Assembly (NCBI RefSeq): GCF_963921235.1 | Contig: NC_086097.1 | Span: 102,612,001 to 102,676,000 of the forward strand | Direction of reading: 5' to 3' | DNA: 64,000 bases | Origin: Mobula hypostoma | Lineage: Eukaryota | Shown here: piece after piece, positions 1-12,400 of the stretch | How positions within the stretch are numbered: position 1 is the first letter of the stretch | How the letters are laid out: each line of letters starts with the position of its first letter | The notes under the pieces: model-generated | Seen by the model: only the letters and a program-made list of their open reading frames with translations | Told to the model about the DNA's origin: nothing | The model's database searches: none | Made by a program: the position numbers and the translations under genes

Positions 1-598
1 CTGAATGAGGGAAAGAGTAATATGTATAATCTTTACTAGTAGGGTGTAATTCCCTCCAGACATCTATAATTCCCAACTCCTCCATCAATGAATTCACTTT
101 CCGAGTCAGAGGTTTATTCTGAGTAACTATTCTTGAAGAATCTAATATAGGATTTAATCTAATATTAAAATCCCCTCCACAAATTACTACCCCTCGAGAA
201 CTGACCATTAGGTCAAAAATGTGTCTATAAAATGACCATTCACTACCTGGAGGAGCATAAACATTCAGCAATGTTATTTCTGTACCTTCTATTCTTCCTG
301 TGATTTTTACAAACCGTCCTTCTTTGTCTCTAGTCTCTGAAATATGTTCATAATTAAGAGTACTTGATATTAAAGTAGCTACCCCTCTTTTGTGACTCAA
401 TTTATATGATGAATAAAATACATGCTTAAAGCCCATTCTTTTTAATTTTCCATGTTCAGATTGGCTCATATGTGTTTCCTGGAGGAAAGCTATTTGTGCC
501 CTCTCTTTTTTCAATTTAGACATAATCTTATTTCTTTTAATTGGATTCAAAACCCCATTAACATTATAGGAAATTATTTTTACCAATTCAGTTTGCAT
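1..598 (-). CDS. L1 ORF2p N-terminal APE endonuclease (runs off the window edge)
   Basis: MQTELVKIISYNVNG...FLQETH...RGVATLI...NVYAPP...GGDFN...DVWRELHP, open to position 1; missing from the ORF track because no stop lies in the window. Confidence 0.93.
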   Translation of the reverse strand, partial: MQTELVKIISYNVNGVLNPIKRNKIMSKLKKERAQIAFLQETHMSQSEHGKLKRMGFKHVFYSSYKLSHKRGVATLISSTLNYEHISETRDKEGRFVKITGRIEGTEITLLNVYAPPGSEWSFYRHIFDLMVSSRGVVICGGDFNIRLNPILDSSRIVTQNKPLTRKVNSLMEELGIIDVWRELHPTSKDYTYYSFPHS

Positions 599-1044
599 TT
601 TTCTCCAGTAGAAAAAAAGCACTCTCCTTTTCTAACCAAACAGTAAGCAATCCCTTCTCAACAGTAAACCAAGACATATAACCACACCCTAGACATTTCT
701 GAACGTATAACATTTGAAAATTTTTCCCGACTTCCCACAGTGAGGCCTGAGCTCCGACCCGCCTCAGTTCAGAGGGATAACCTCTATCTTCACCCTGTGT
801 TAGAGGGCCCTCAGCAGTTTGAATAATCATAGAGAATTTTCTCCTATTTATGTCTCGACCATATTGCTATCATTCAAGTTATTCCGCCTAGTTTATTTTC
901 AGTTACCAGTTTTCATTTTACTTTTAAGTCCAATTTACTCTTTTCAGTCAATTCTCTTAATTAATCTGTATTCTCTGTACATTCGCGTCTGAATATTTGC
1001 AGCTTTTCCTTGTAGTTTGACACTCTGGTTCGAGTGGAGAGTCC

Positions 1045-1938
1045 TCACCCCACTAACTGCCACGACTTCTGCCGAATCCTCTCCAGTAGCGACTCCGGTT
1101 GGGTGATAGCTTTAATAGGTAGTCCCCGGTCCGCCAGGTCCAACGTTGCCTCTTCCACCGTAGCGTAAGTTTTTGTCCCTTCGTCGTAAAAGACTCTCAG
1201 CCGAGCTGGATACAGGGTCTGGAATCTGATGTTGTTTTCCTTCAGGACTCTCCGTGTTTCCGTATATTCTTTCCATCTGGCAAGAATCCCCGGTGCGTAG
1301 TCGTGGTCTAAACTGATTTTGCAGTTGTTCCACATGAAACCTTTCTTTTGCCATGCTCTTTTAAGCACCTCTTCCTTCGTTCTGTAACTGAGAAATCTGA
1401 TCAGAATCGATCTGGGCTGGGCGCCTGCCGGAGGCTGTGGTGCCAACGCGCGGTGAGCCCTTTCTATCTGTAGGTCTTTTGCAGCCGGTATATCAAGGTT
1501 CTCTCTGAGCAGCCTCTCCACGAAGGGAATCATCAATCCGGGTTTTCCTTCGGGAACTCCGTAGATCCTCACATTTTCCCTTCTCGAGCGGCCTTCCCGA
1601 TCCACCAGCTTCCACTGGAGCTGGTCTTGTAGCTTCAGCATTTCTGCTATCACTTCCTCGGCGTTCCGTAGCTTCTCCTCAATACCAACAATCCTCGCTT
1701 CGGCTTCATCTATCTGCGAGTTAGTTTTTACTATTTCTCCTTTAATATCTTCCAGCTGTTTGCTGTTATCTTGTCGGAACTCGCAAATCTCTCCGAGAAT
1801 CAAAGACAGAGTCACCGATTCCCCCTCATTATCTCCGTCCTGGCTTGCCATGGGGGAGCTAGGCCCGTTGCCTTGCTGCATCTCTTTATGTTTATCAGCC
1901 TTCGAAGCGGACTTTTTATTCTTGTTCTTAGACATCAT
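1045..1938 (-). CDS. L1 ORF1p (RNA-binding, Transposase_22-like), probably shortened by a CGA>TGA change
   Basis: 297-aa ORF with L1 ORF1 motifs; the frame stays open past the TGA to a TAA at about 961. Confidence 0.9.
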   Translation of the reverse strand: MMSKNKNKKSASKADKHKEMQQGNGPSSPMASQDGDNEGESVTLSLILGEICEFRQDNSKQLEDIKGEIVKTNSQIDEAEARIVGIEEKLRNAEEVIAEMLKLQDQLQWKLVDREGRSRRENVRIYGVPEGKPGLMIPFVERLLRENLDIPAAKDLQIERAHRALAPQPPAGAQPRSILIRFLSYRTKEEVLKRAWQKKGFMWNNCKISLDHDYAPGILARWKEYTETRRVLKENNIRFQTLYPARLRVFYDEGTKTYATVEEATLDLADRGLPIKAITQPESLLERIRQKSWQLVG

Positions 1939-2725
1939 CTTTGCCCCTTTTATTAATATAGTTATGCAATATTAAGTATTCGTCTAAATTCGATTTTGGG
2001 ACAGTTTACCTTCTTTTTTGTCGAGAGACCTTTTCCTTACGCTGCCATTCCCTTGCTGACCCCACTAATCTATTTAATCTTTCTTTTTTAAATTAACTTG
2101 ATCAAGTTAGAGAAACAAGGTGTGTATGTATTTTAAAGCAGCATCAATTCAAGTATCACCTCCTTCACAATACTTTCCTTTTTATTGCAGTTAATTGTAC
2201 ATGCAGGTTAACTTCCTGGAGTTTAATGTCTTCACCTGCTTGGATATGTGGTCCAAATAAGTATTTCTCCAGTCCTTATTAACTGGATGAGCCGTTGACT
2301 TAATGCACTTTTCTCTGCCTCTTGAGACTACATGGAAATGCAGAAATGCATAAATTTAACAAGCTTGACTGCCAAAAGCATTGTTAGGATAAATTTGCAT
2401 CATTTAAAGATTTTTATAAAGTGCTCATAAGCAGGGCCAGCTGTTATTGCCACTATAGGAAGTTCCACTATTTCAACCCAGCAGCAACGAAGGAACTTTG
2501 GGAGTCTTTACATTTCATGTTTGTGTGAGATCTAGAGGATAACTTGCAGACAGTGGTATCGATTCTGCTAGCTGCCTTTGTTCCTCTGCATGCAGAGGGG
2601 GTAATAGGTTTGGAAAGTGTTACAGGAAAAAGTCATGGTAAACTGTTGAGATGGTATACACAACAGCAAGGATGCAGTAGTAGTGAATGTTTAAAGGTAT
2701 GTCAATCAAGCAATATGCTTTATGG

Positions 2726-3228
2726 CAGGGGTCCCCAACCTTTTTTGCACCGTCTTAATATTGACAATATTCTTGCGGACCAGCCGACCGGGGTTGGGGG
2801 GGTGGGTTGGTTATTAATCACGACCGAATATAGATAATAAGTCAACTGTAAGTCACTTATAAGTGGCTAATACACTCAATTTGGTTTCTAAAAGGGTTTA
2901 TCTAACGAATTTAGCGTTAAATACAGCATATATTTTCCCCGTAGGAACATATAAAATCATTGCAACACACCAATATGACTGAATCAGTGGGAGCCCTGGG
3001 CTTGTTTCCTTGCAACAAGACAGTCCCATCGAGGGGTGATGGGAGACAGCGATACTCGATGGGGGTTCCTTATGCAATGACCTTGCGTGCGTTCAAGTTC
3101 CAACAGTGGGCATGACAGGGAATGAGGAAAGGTGCAGCTGACTCAGTATCGTTTCATATCGCCAAATCATAATGTTTCCTCGTGGCCCGGTAGCACATGC
3201 TTTGCGGCCTGGTGGTTGGAGACCAATG
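2726..3228. mobile_element. Non-autonomous hAT (Charlie-like) DNA transposon
   Basis: TIRs CAGGGGTCCCCAACC / GGTTGGAGACCAATG; perfect 8-bp TSD CTTTATGG at 2718-2725 and 3229-3236. Confidence 0.9.
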
Positions 3229-3373
3229 CTTTATGGGATCAAACTATGAATGTTGTTGCAACAGCGTTCATCCTGGCAAGTGGAATTATTCCATCGGTCC
3301 ATAGTCTGTTAGTAGAAAGCGTTTTGGGAGTTTGTTTGAGTAGATACAAAATGTTTGTTCTTCTTTTGTATAG

Positions 3374-3481
3374 CTGGATTGCGTCAAATTTTCTGTGAAG
3401 TTGTACTTCACCAACCTCCAGGCTCGGATCAACCTTGCCTGGTCAGCAAATTAATGTTAGCTGACACCAAATTGTGGAAAG
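3374..3481 (+). CDS. UBR1: UBR1 coding exon (108 bp), [36 protein letters not shown](G)
   Basis: ttcttttgtatag acceptor, G|gtgagt donor; resembles human FRQIFCQ...PCLISRLMLWDAKLYKG. Confidence 0.92.
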
Positions 3482-6400
3482 GTGAGTTGGTCAATATTTT
3501 GGTATTTTCTAATTGGGTCTTAAACATCCAATTCTAATTGATTAGGCACAAGATATCCACAAATATGTTTATACTGTTTCCTGTGTTCTTAAAAGAAATT
3601 TTCTTTCTCATTCAGAAGACTGGATTTGACATAATTTTATTTAGTGATGCAGAGCGGAGTAGGCCATTTCTGCCATGCTGTCCCAGCAACCCCATAACCT
3701 CGATTAACCATAACCTAATCAAGGGACAATTTACAGTGACCGACTAATCTACCCAGTATATCATTGGACTGTGGGAGGAAACTGGAGCACCCGTTCCATG
3801 GGGAGGATGTACAGAGCCGCCTTACAGAATAGTGCTAGAATTGATCTCTGAACTCTGGAGTATCCTGAGCTTTAATAATGTCACGCTAATTGCTTCACCA
3901 CTGTGGTGCCCTTTGGTTGTTCTGATGCTCAATAATTTCAAAATGAATATGCCATCCTAATGCAGGATTGTATCTGAAATGAGTTCCATTCTTAACTTTT
4001 CTCCACTTAACTGAGCACTTCTGATTGAGTTCTCACTTGAGGATAGCACTTTAGAGGGTATTGTTGAGATTGTACCTGCAGTACTCCATGCTGATTGGCT
4101 CTGTGTATGAAACAAAAGATAAGTATAGATGGCATGTCAAGCAAAGTACATGTGACAAAGAAAAACAATTTACCAATTTATTGCCTTGCATGCTAAGTGT
4201 TTCCAGCTTTCCCTGTTTTTTCAGATTTACTGCATCTGCAGCTTTTTGATTTCTATGCATAATTTTCACTTGATTGACAGTTGATTTGCTGAAGAGGGCA
4301 TCATTTGAAATAGATTCATTTCATGGTTTCTTTCACCACCAAATCTGATGGTACTTCGTGGAAACCTTCATAGTAGAATTGTTGGTTAACCCACTGACCG
4401 ATCTGTTAAATGCTATCTGTTTTTTGCTGGTGCTGTAACAGTTCTCCCTTCTGTTTGCATGAACAGGAACCTATAAAATTTACAACTCTAGCTATGCTTT
4501 TTCTTTATTATGGGGCACCATCGTAATGCAGTGGTTAGTGCGACGTTATTACAGCTGAGGATGGTCAGAGTTCAATTTTGATGTCGTCTTGTGTTGTAAC
4601 ATGAATATAGCCACCGGAGAGACACTGAAGCTAATGGATATAGAAGTGCTTTATTCAACAAAATGAGACAGTCCTGGAGGAAGAGGCCCGTTTGAACCAA
4701 TTTTACATGACATTGAACTTTAGCATATAAAAAAGGACAATTCTGTAGTTTCAATGTACTGAATTTTCGCATCTCCTCCTTCATCCCCATGCTCCAGACA
4801 CCCAAAATGAATATTAATCAGCTTTGACTGGTTTGCAATTAACTAGTGTTCGCAGCTTCTGGAAACTATTGTCCAGAGATGCATTTTAAATTTTATCTAC
4901 AATCCCCATTCAGGTCTAATGATTGGTTGCTGAAGTTAGTTGCTGAGGTTAATATTTGCTACATACTTTAATTCCAGAATATGCACTAACACTCTGTTAG
5001 CAAGTTTGTATGATCTTTCCCATGTGCACATGGGTTTTCTCCCACTATCCAAAGACATGCAAATTAGTAGGTTAATTAGTCATTGTAATTTGTTCTGTGA
5101 TTTGGCCAGGGTTAAATAGGTGGGTTCTGGGCAGTGCGGCTCAAAAGGCTGCAAGGACCTGTAGTATTCTGAAGTACTCTGAATGGAAAACGTTTTGAGT
5201 GTTTGGATGCATTTGGCAATCAGAATGAGCTCTGTGCCCATGACTGCAGAAATTAATTAATTTCATTGAGCTGTAATTTTTTAATTGTTGAGAACAAAAA
5301 TGTGGCATTTGCAAAAGCAGAAAAATAAAAATACGATGTGAATGTGCAATTTTTTGAATGCAGGAGCTCGCAAAGTCTTCCATGAATTAATAGTGTGCAT
5401 TTTGCTGATGGAAACAGAATACAAGCGACTCTTTGCTGTTGAATTTATCACAGTAAGTGTTATCATTTAATGAATTAAAGAAAATTTACACCACAGGAGA
5501 CCATTTGTCTTGTTGTTTGTCAATCATCCCTGCTGTACTTCAGTCGGTGAGATTTGGAAGTGGGTTTGTATCATGTTTGCCCTGTGTTCAGAACCGAGGA
5601 CAAGTAGAGAGGATCAAAGCATAATATTTTTGTTGTAATAGCAAAACATAAGAACAGCAAAAGAACATTCCCTGGCTTAGTCAAATAATTTGGGTAATTC
5701 CTTAGACAAAGATGCCAAATTTTTGGTAAACACAGTGGTGTTTGATAGTATAGATGTTAATGTGATATTACTATTGGAGAGGAAGCCCAGAACCAAAGAT
5801 AGCAAGTATTGCATGATCATTAATAAATACAATAAGTGTTCAAAAGGAATTTCTTTACTAAGTTTGTGGTTGGAATGTAGAACCTGCAACTCCATGGAAG
5901 AGTTGAGGTGACTACAACAGATGCATTTACCATGAAGCTCAGTGCACTAGGAAGAACTGGTCAGGATAAGGATATAGAAAGGGTGTTTCCATTGGTAGGG
6001 AAGTTTAGGATCTAAGAGTAAGTCCTCATAATTAAGGGATGTCCCTTTAAAACTGATAAGAGGACACATTTCTTTAGGTAAAGTTGGGCGGGGGGTTGAA
6101 ATCTGTAGATTCACTGCCATGGAGGGCTGTGGAGCCAAGTCATAAGTGTATTTAAAGCCTAGTAAGTTTTACAAAACATTAACATGTTCTTGAAGTGGGT
6201 GGATTGTGATCTAATTGAACAAGTGAGAGAAGGGGAATTTGTCCCTGATCCTTCATCGGCCATTCCTATTCCCTTGTACTATAAACTTGATTACAGCTTG
6301 GACCAAAAATTGCTTTTGGTCCATGCTGTAATCAAGGTTACAGAGAGCTTGTATCAAGGAATAAAGGTTAGCGTTAGCATATTTATACACTCGGGGCTAA

Positions 6401-9400
6401 ATAGCATATTCATTGTTTCTGTAGGTAAAATGAAGTAAATAGTGAGTGAAACCTTGTATGGAGTGTCAACATCAGTATGAATTTTGTGAGCCAAGTGACC
6501 TGTTCCTGTGCAGTAAATTCTACAAATTTTTCACCTTGGTGGCTGGGCCAGCAAGTTTTTCTCTATGTGCTTCGTGATTTAAAGATTATCTGTTTATTCC
6601 CAACAGCATTACAAGCAATTGCAGCTTAATTTTGTGGAGGATGATCACGATCGAAACATATCTGTGACTGCTCAGTCTGTACAAATATTTACTGTTCCAA
6701 CACTGGTAAGTAGGACAAGTATTGTGTGCACATTTTGCGAACCTAAGATGCGCAGGTTAGAACTTGCCTTCTCCGAAGATCATCAGGGATTAATGATTGA
6801 CATTAGATAAATTACATTTGTAGTGAAGATCAGTTTGAAACCTGAGCTGTTAATTGTTAATCAATGATCTGGCACCATCTTTGAGAGGAAAATCTCTTTG
6901 TTTCTCAGAGATGCTACAATTTTTATTCCTTTTTCTCACCAGCTTATCTGTTCCTCAGCCTCACAGGAAAAATTGTAGCAAAAAGTGAAATGGTTCTAAT
7001 TTAATTTCTCTATAATCAATTTTGATTGAATATTACAGTGAACTTTTACTTTTTGTTAGGCTCGTTATTTGATTGAAGAACATGGTGCACTAAGAATCAT
7101 CATCGAGACCATAATTGAGCTGTTTTCTGAGCACATGGATAATGGCAAGCTTCACTTTCAGAGTAGCTACCAGGAAAAATCACTAAGGAAGCAAATGGTC
7201 TTTTATGATCTTAAGTAAGTACATCTTCAAACCCAGCTATTCGGAGTTCTGGTACAATGACACAGTTGCTCAACCGCACTTCTCAGTTTGATTGGATTGT
7301 TTAACTTCATGAGTTTTTATTTTGAAGGACTTGAATTGCATAATGTGGAGTGATAAAATCAACAAAGCATGAATCAAATTAATCTTGTATGCAGGCTGCT
7401 TTTGTATAAGCAAAGGAAAAAAAGGTGTGAATCCATGAACTGTTCTTGAATCAGCCTACTTTTTTTCCTTTAACATCAAATAGGTGATCTGGTACAAATT
7501 AATACATTTGTGATGTAACAACTACAACTATAACAACTAAACTTCAAAAAATACTTAATTGCTGACAAAAACCTTGTGATTCTTATACTTAAGGAAAAGT
7601 ACTGCAGAAATATGGATGCACATGTAGATCATTTTTATGACTCCATTGATTCGTCTGTGGTACTTCACTGAGTGGCCATTTGCAGGAAGCCTCGCAAACC
7701 TTTGCATCACTTCCATCATTCCTGAATTGTTACTTGCTTTACTTTTCCCCTCCACCTCAAACTTGTATCCAAATGAAGGGTCTTAACCCAAAACATCAAC
7801 TGTCTATTTCCCTCCACAGTTGCTGCCTGACCTGCCTGAATTCCTCCAGCACTTTGTTATCTGTACCTTTATTGCTCCAGTGAGAACAGTCTGTGATGTG
7901 TCCCTGCTGCACCTCCACAGGAATATGCTGCAATTGCCTCGAAGTGCGAAGAGACTTCAAAAATGGGCTCAATGATTCTCACCCTGCAAAAGGAGTGTCG
8001 CCGGAGTGCTGGGAAAGTGGGAGGTTTCAGAGGGATAACTTTAGTCGGGTAGGGAATGATACTGCTAAATAATGTGGAGTATTTGATCTAAGGTTAAGTC
8101 CTTCAGTACTTAGTATCTAGTTGTAGTTCCATGGAAGCTTGTATGGCCTGACATAGACTAGCATTTGTTAGAGGTAAAAAGGAAAGGAAAATATAAAACT
8201 GATTTGGTAAGTGCACTTAACTGTCATGTGAGGGAAAAGTATAGTGATCATACTCAGATTTATACAGATGGTGCTAAGGAACCTGAAACAGGAATGACAG
8301 GGTTTGGGGTGGCTATACCAGCAAACGAAATTGGAATCAGCAGAAGAACATCAAATAAGTTAGGGGTGTATACAGTGGAGATGCTGGCAGTGTTGGTTGC
8401 GTTTGCAATGGGTGGAGAAAGCTAGACAAGTCAAAGTGTTGATATGCTCAGATTTATCCTCAGTTCTAACAAGTTTTAAGTCTTTTCACTCAAACAGTTG
8501 GCAAGATGTACTTTATGAAGTCCTTCAGTCAGTCACAAGAATTGCAAATTAGGGAGGTCAGGTAAAATTTCTATGGGTTCCAGCACATGTAGAGGTGAAG
8601 GGGAATGAGAGGGTGGATGAATTGGCGAAGAGGGCGTTAACGAAAGAAAATATAGAAATGTACATTAGTATCAGTAAAGCAGCAGTTAAGTGTGTAATCT
8701 GGGAAAAAATTGACCAAATGTGGCAAGAAAGATGGGACAGGGAGGGGAAAGGGAGGCATTTATATCAACTACAAAAGAGTGTTGCAGCTACTAGGGTAGG
8801 TAGTGGATACAGAAGAGAGGAGACTGTGTGGACTAGGTTAAGGCTGGGGCACTACGTTAAACAAAACATTGAAGATGATAGGAAAACACCAGGATTGTGT
8901 GAGGAATGTCAGGAAGAGAGTCAGTAGAACATGTAGTTCTGAGTTGCAGGAAGTATGGGATACAGAGAGAGGATGAGAATCAATCTAAGGGAATTGGGGG
9001 TGCAGCAATTCACATTAAAAGGATTGCTGGGCATGAGTGAGAGAGCACAGGTCAGGGTATTTTTAGCTTTCTTAAGGGGTACAGGGTTTTTTTTAATATA
9101 GGATATGATGGATAAGCAGGAATAGGATGGCCAAAGATGGAAGGATAAAGTGTAGGTTAGGGTATGTGTGTATGAGAGATTGGGTGAAGGGATTTAGAAT
9201 GCAAGTCTATTATACACTCCGGAGCAGAAGTTGGCGGTAATGCACCATTAAGCTGGGTACCAACCGCCGTAAAACAAGAAAAAGAAGAGACTTCAAAAAA
9301 TTAATAATAAAAATTGTCTTTTAAAGTTATGAAGTGGTTTGATATGAAATGCTTTTTGAGGAAGAATGACTTTGTAGAAATAATTAATTCAGAAGATTTT

Positions 9401-12400
9401 TTTTCATGTTGGTTTAGACCTTTGTAGTTTATTGGTCTTTGCCACACAATATAATGCATTCACTCTGATTTGCCACTGGAATCTTTCTTCATTCATCGTT
9501 CTTCAAAAGTGACCAATTTTGTTTGAAATACTTTTCCATTTTGGTCACTTTGTGTCAGAGATAATTAAATGTGACATAGGATTTATTTTTTTTATTTAGG
9601 GATACAGCACATACTCTTCTGACCAAACGAGTCTGTGCCTTCCAGTTACAGCCATGTGACCGATGTGGGAGGAAAGCAGAGCATCCAGAGGAAACCAACG
9701 CAGTCATGGGGAGAACGTACAAGCTCCTTACAGACAGTGATTGAATTGAACCCGGATTGCAGGCTCTTTAATAGCATTATGCTAACTGCTATGCTATTGT
9801 GATGCCCCAAATTGCAAGCTGGAGTGGGGGGGTTTGTGGGGGAACAGGGATAATCTGAACCAGCTCACAGTTTGGAGTCACTCTGCAGAAAACAACATTT
9901 TTAAATGGACCAATCTGTGTTATCATTGACCAATGTGTACTTATTCCATTCACAGAGAACTCAAGTAGCAGAATGAATCTCTTGTTTGTAGTGACTTGCA
10001 GTTTACACTGATAATGTGATTGAGAATATTGATGTCACTGACAAGGGTTGTTTTTATTGCCCTTTCCTAATTGTCCTTGATGATGGGCCTCATTGTGGTC
10101 ATAATACTTTAATGGAGAGGGGATGTTAGAGAGGCAGTTCCAGGATTTAGGTCCTGGGCGATGAAGGACCAAGTCACTATGGTATGCAGCTTCAAAGGTG
10201 TTCCCATGCATTTTCTGTCTTGGTTGTTGAGAGGTCATATGTTTGGGAATAAATATTTTGCTTTGTCGATGGCATATCAATGAAGTTGGTTACTTTGTTC
10301 TGGATAACTCCTTGATTCCACACTAAATCAATTGGCACCTTGGTGCTCTCACCTCAGCTGCTGACTAAAATTGTGATTAAAGTCGAGCCAATTGGTAGCT
10401 GTGGGCATTTTCCATCTATCCCATCCGGTTTCAAAAGGAGTTTTCAAGGTGTGAAGACAATTCATCTACAATGCCCAGTTCATTGACACCCAATGCTTAT
10501 TCATAATTTCCAAGGTGTGTCAGGAGTGTAATAGAATACTCCACACTTGCCTGAATGAGTACAACTCCAACAGCATTCTAAACCTAACACCAATTGATTG
10601 GTACCTGTCCACAACTCTAAACATTTCTTCTATCCACCATCACACAAGCACTGTACTGTGTACCATTTACAAAATGTGCAGGAGTTATTTGCCCAGCTTC
10701 TCTGAAAGCACTTTCCAAATTGTAACCTGTGACTACTATCACCAAATCAATTGAGGGCAACAGGCATAGGGAATCACAACTACTTGACAATATGCTATCT
10801 TGACTTCAAAATGTACAGTTGCTCAAAAAAAAAAGTTTAGGAGCACTTTGCTTGGTATTCTGCATTAATAACCCATAAAACATGGCCTGATCTTCATCCA
10901 ACTCACAATGATAGACAAGCGCAATCTGCTTAAACTAATAACACACAATTGTACTACTTCTTGTCAATACTGAGTACACAATTTTAACAATCACAGTCCA
11001 GGTTCAAAAAAGTATGTGAACCTCTGGGGTAATGCTTTCTACAAAAGCTATATGGAGTCAGGAGTTCCAATCAGTGAGATGAGATTGGAGGTGTGGGTTG
11101 TAGAGGTGCCCACAAAGTCAGGTTACTGACGGAGACTGCTTTTCTCAAGAAAGATTTGTTTATGTGCACCATGCCATGAGCAAAACAACAATCAGAGGAC
11201 CTCAGAAGAATTGTAGAGATACATGAAGCTGGAAAAGGCTGCAAAAGAATTTATAAAAGACCTGAGTGTTTATCATTCCACACCAAGAGAAATCCTCTAC
11301 AAATAGAGGAAATTCAGTACTGTTGCTATGTTCACTAGGAGTGAACATCCTGCATTGATCACACCAAGAGCTCACCATGCAATGCTGAAGGAGGTGAAAG
11401 AGAACCCAAGGGTAACAGCAAAAGACCTGCAGAAATATCTAGAACTTGCTGAAGTCTCTGTTCATGTGTTTACTATAAGAAAAACACTGAACAACGATGG
11501 TGTTCATGGAAGGACTCAGTGGAGGATAGCACTGCTCTCCAAAAATAAACATTGCTGCACGTCTCAAGTTTGCAAAAGACTACCTGGATGTTCCACATTG
11601 CTTCTGGGACAATGTTCTGTGGACAGATGAGACAAAAATTGAACTTTTTGACAGAAATGTACACTGCTGTGTTTGAAGGAAAAAGGGCATTGCAAACCAA
11701 TATCAAAACCTCATCCCAACTGTGAAGCATGGTGGAAGGAGCATCATGGTTTGGGGCTGCTATGCTGCCTTGGAACCTGGATGGCTTGCAATTGTTGACA
11801 AAACAATGAGTTCAAAATTGTGTCAAGACATTTTTAGATTATGAGGACATGCAATCCTCTTTTATTGCCATTTAGTAATGCATGCTTTAAGAGATGATAC
11901 AATATTCCTTCGGAGTGATATCACAAAACACAGGACAGACCAAGACTGAAAAAACTAACAAAACCACATAATTATAACATATAGTTACAACAGTGCAACA
12001 ATACCATAACTTGATGAAGAACAGTCCATGGCACAGTAAAAGAGTTCAAAGTTTCTCGCAAGTCCCACATCTCACACAGACAGGAGAAGGAAGAAAACTC
12101 TCCCTGCCATGCCCGACCACAGTCCGAAAACTTCGAGCCTCCGATCAGCCCTCCGACACCAAGTACCGAGCACCATCTCTATCCGAACGATTCGACCTCA
12201 GTCTCGGTCGCCAGCAGCAGGCAAAGTCGGGGATTTTGAGGCCTTCCCTCCGGAAGATTCTCGATCGCCCAGTAACAGCAGCAGCAAACTGGCATTTCAG
12301 AAATTTCTTCAGATGTTCCTCTGTGCTTTCATGTCTGTCTCCATCAAATCAGGGTTGTCCACGGCCCCTATTTAACGGATACGATATCATTTTCATCAGA

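Larger units (their letters stand above)
1..2063 (-). mobile_element. L1-clade LINE, 5' portion (5'UTR, ORF1, spacer, start of ORF2), antisense to UBR1
   Basis: ORF1 1938-1045 has a coiled coil plus L1 RRM/CTD motifs (RSRRENVRIYGVPE, IERAHR, YPARL); ORF2 starts at 598; CpG-rich compared with the flanks. Confidence 0.93.
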
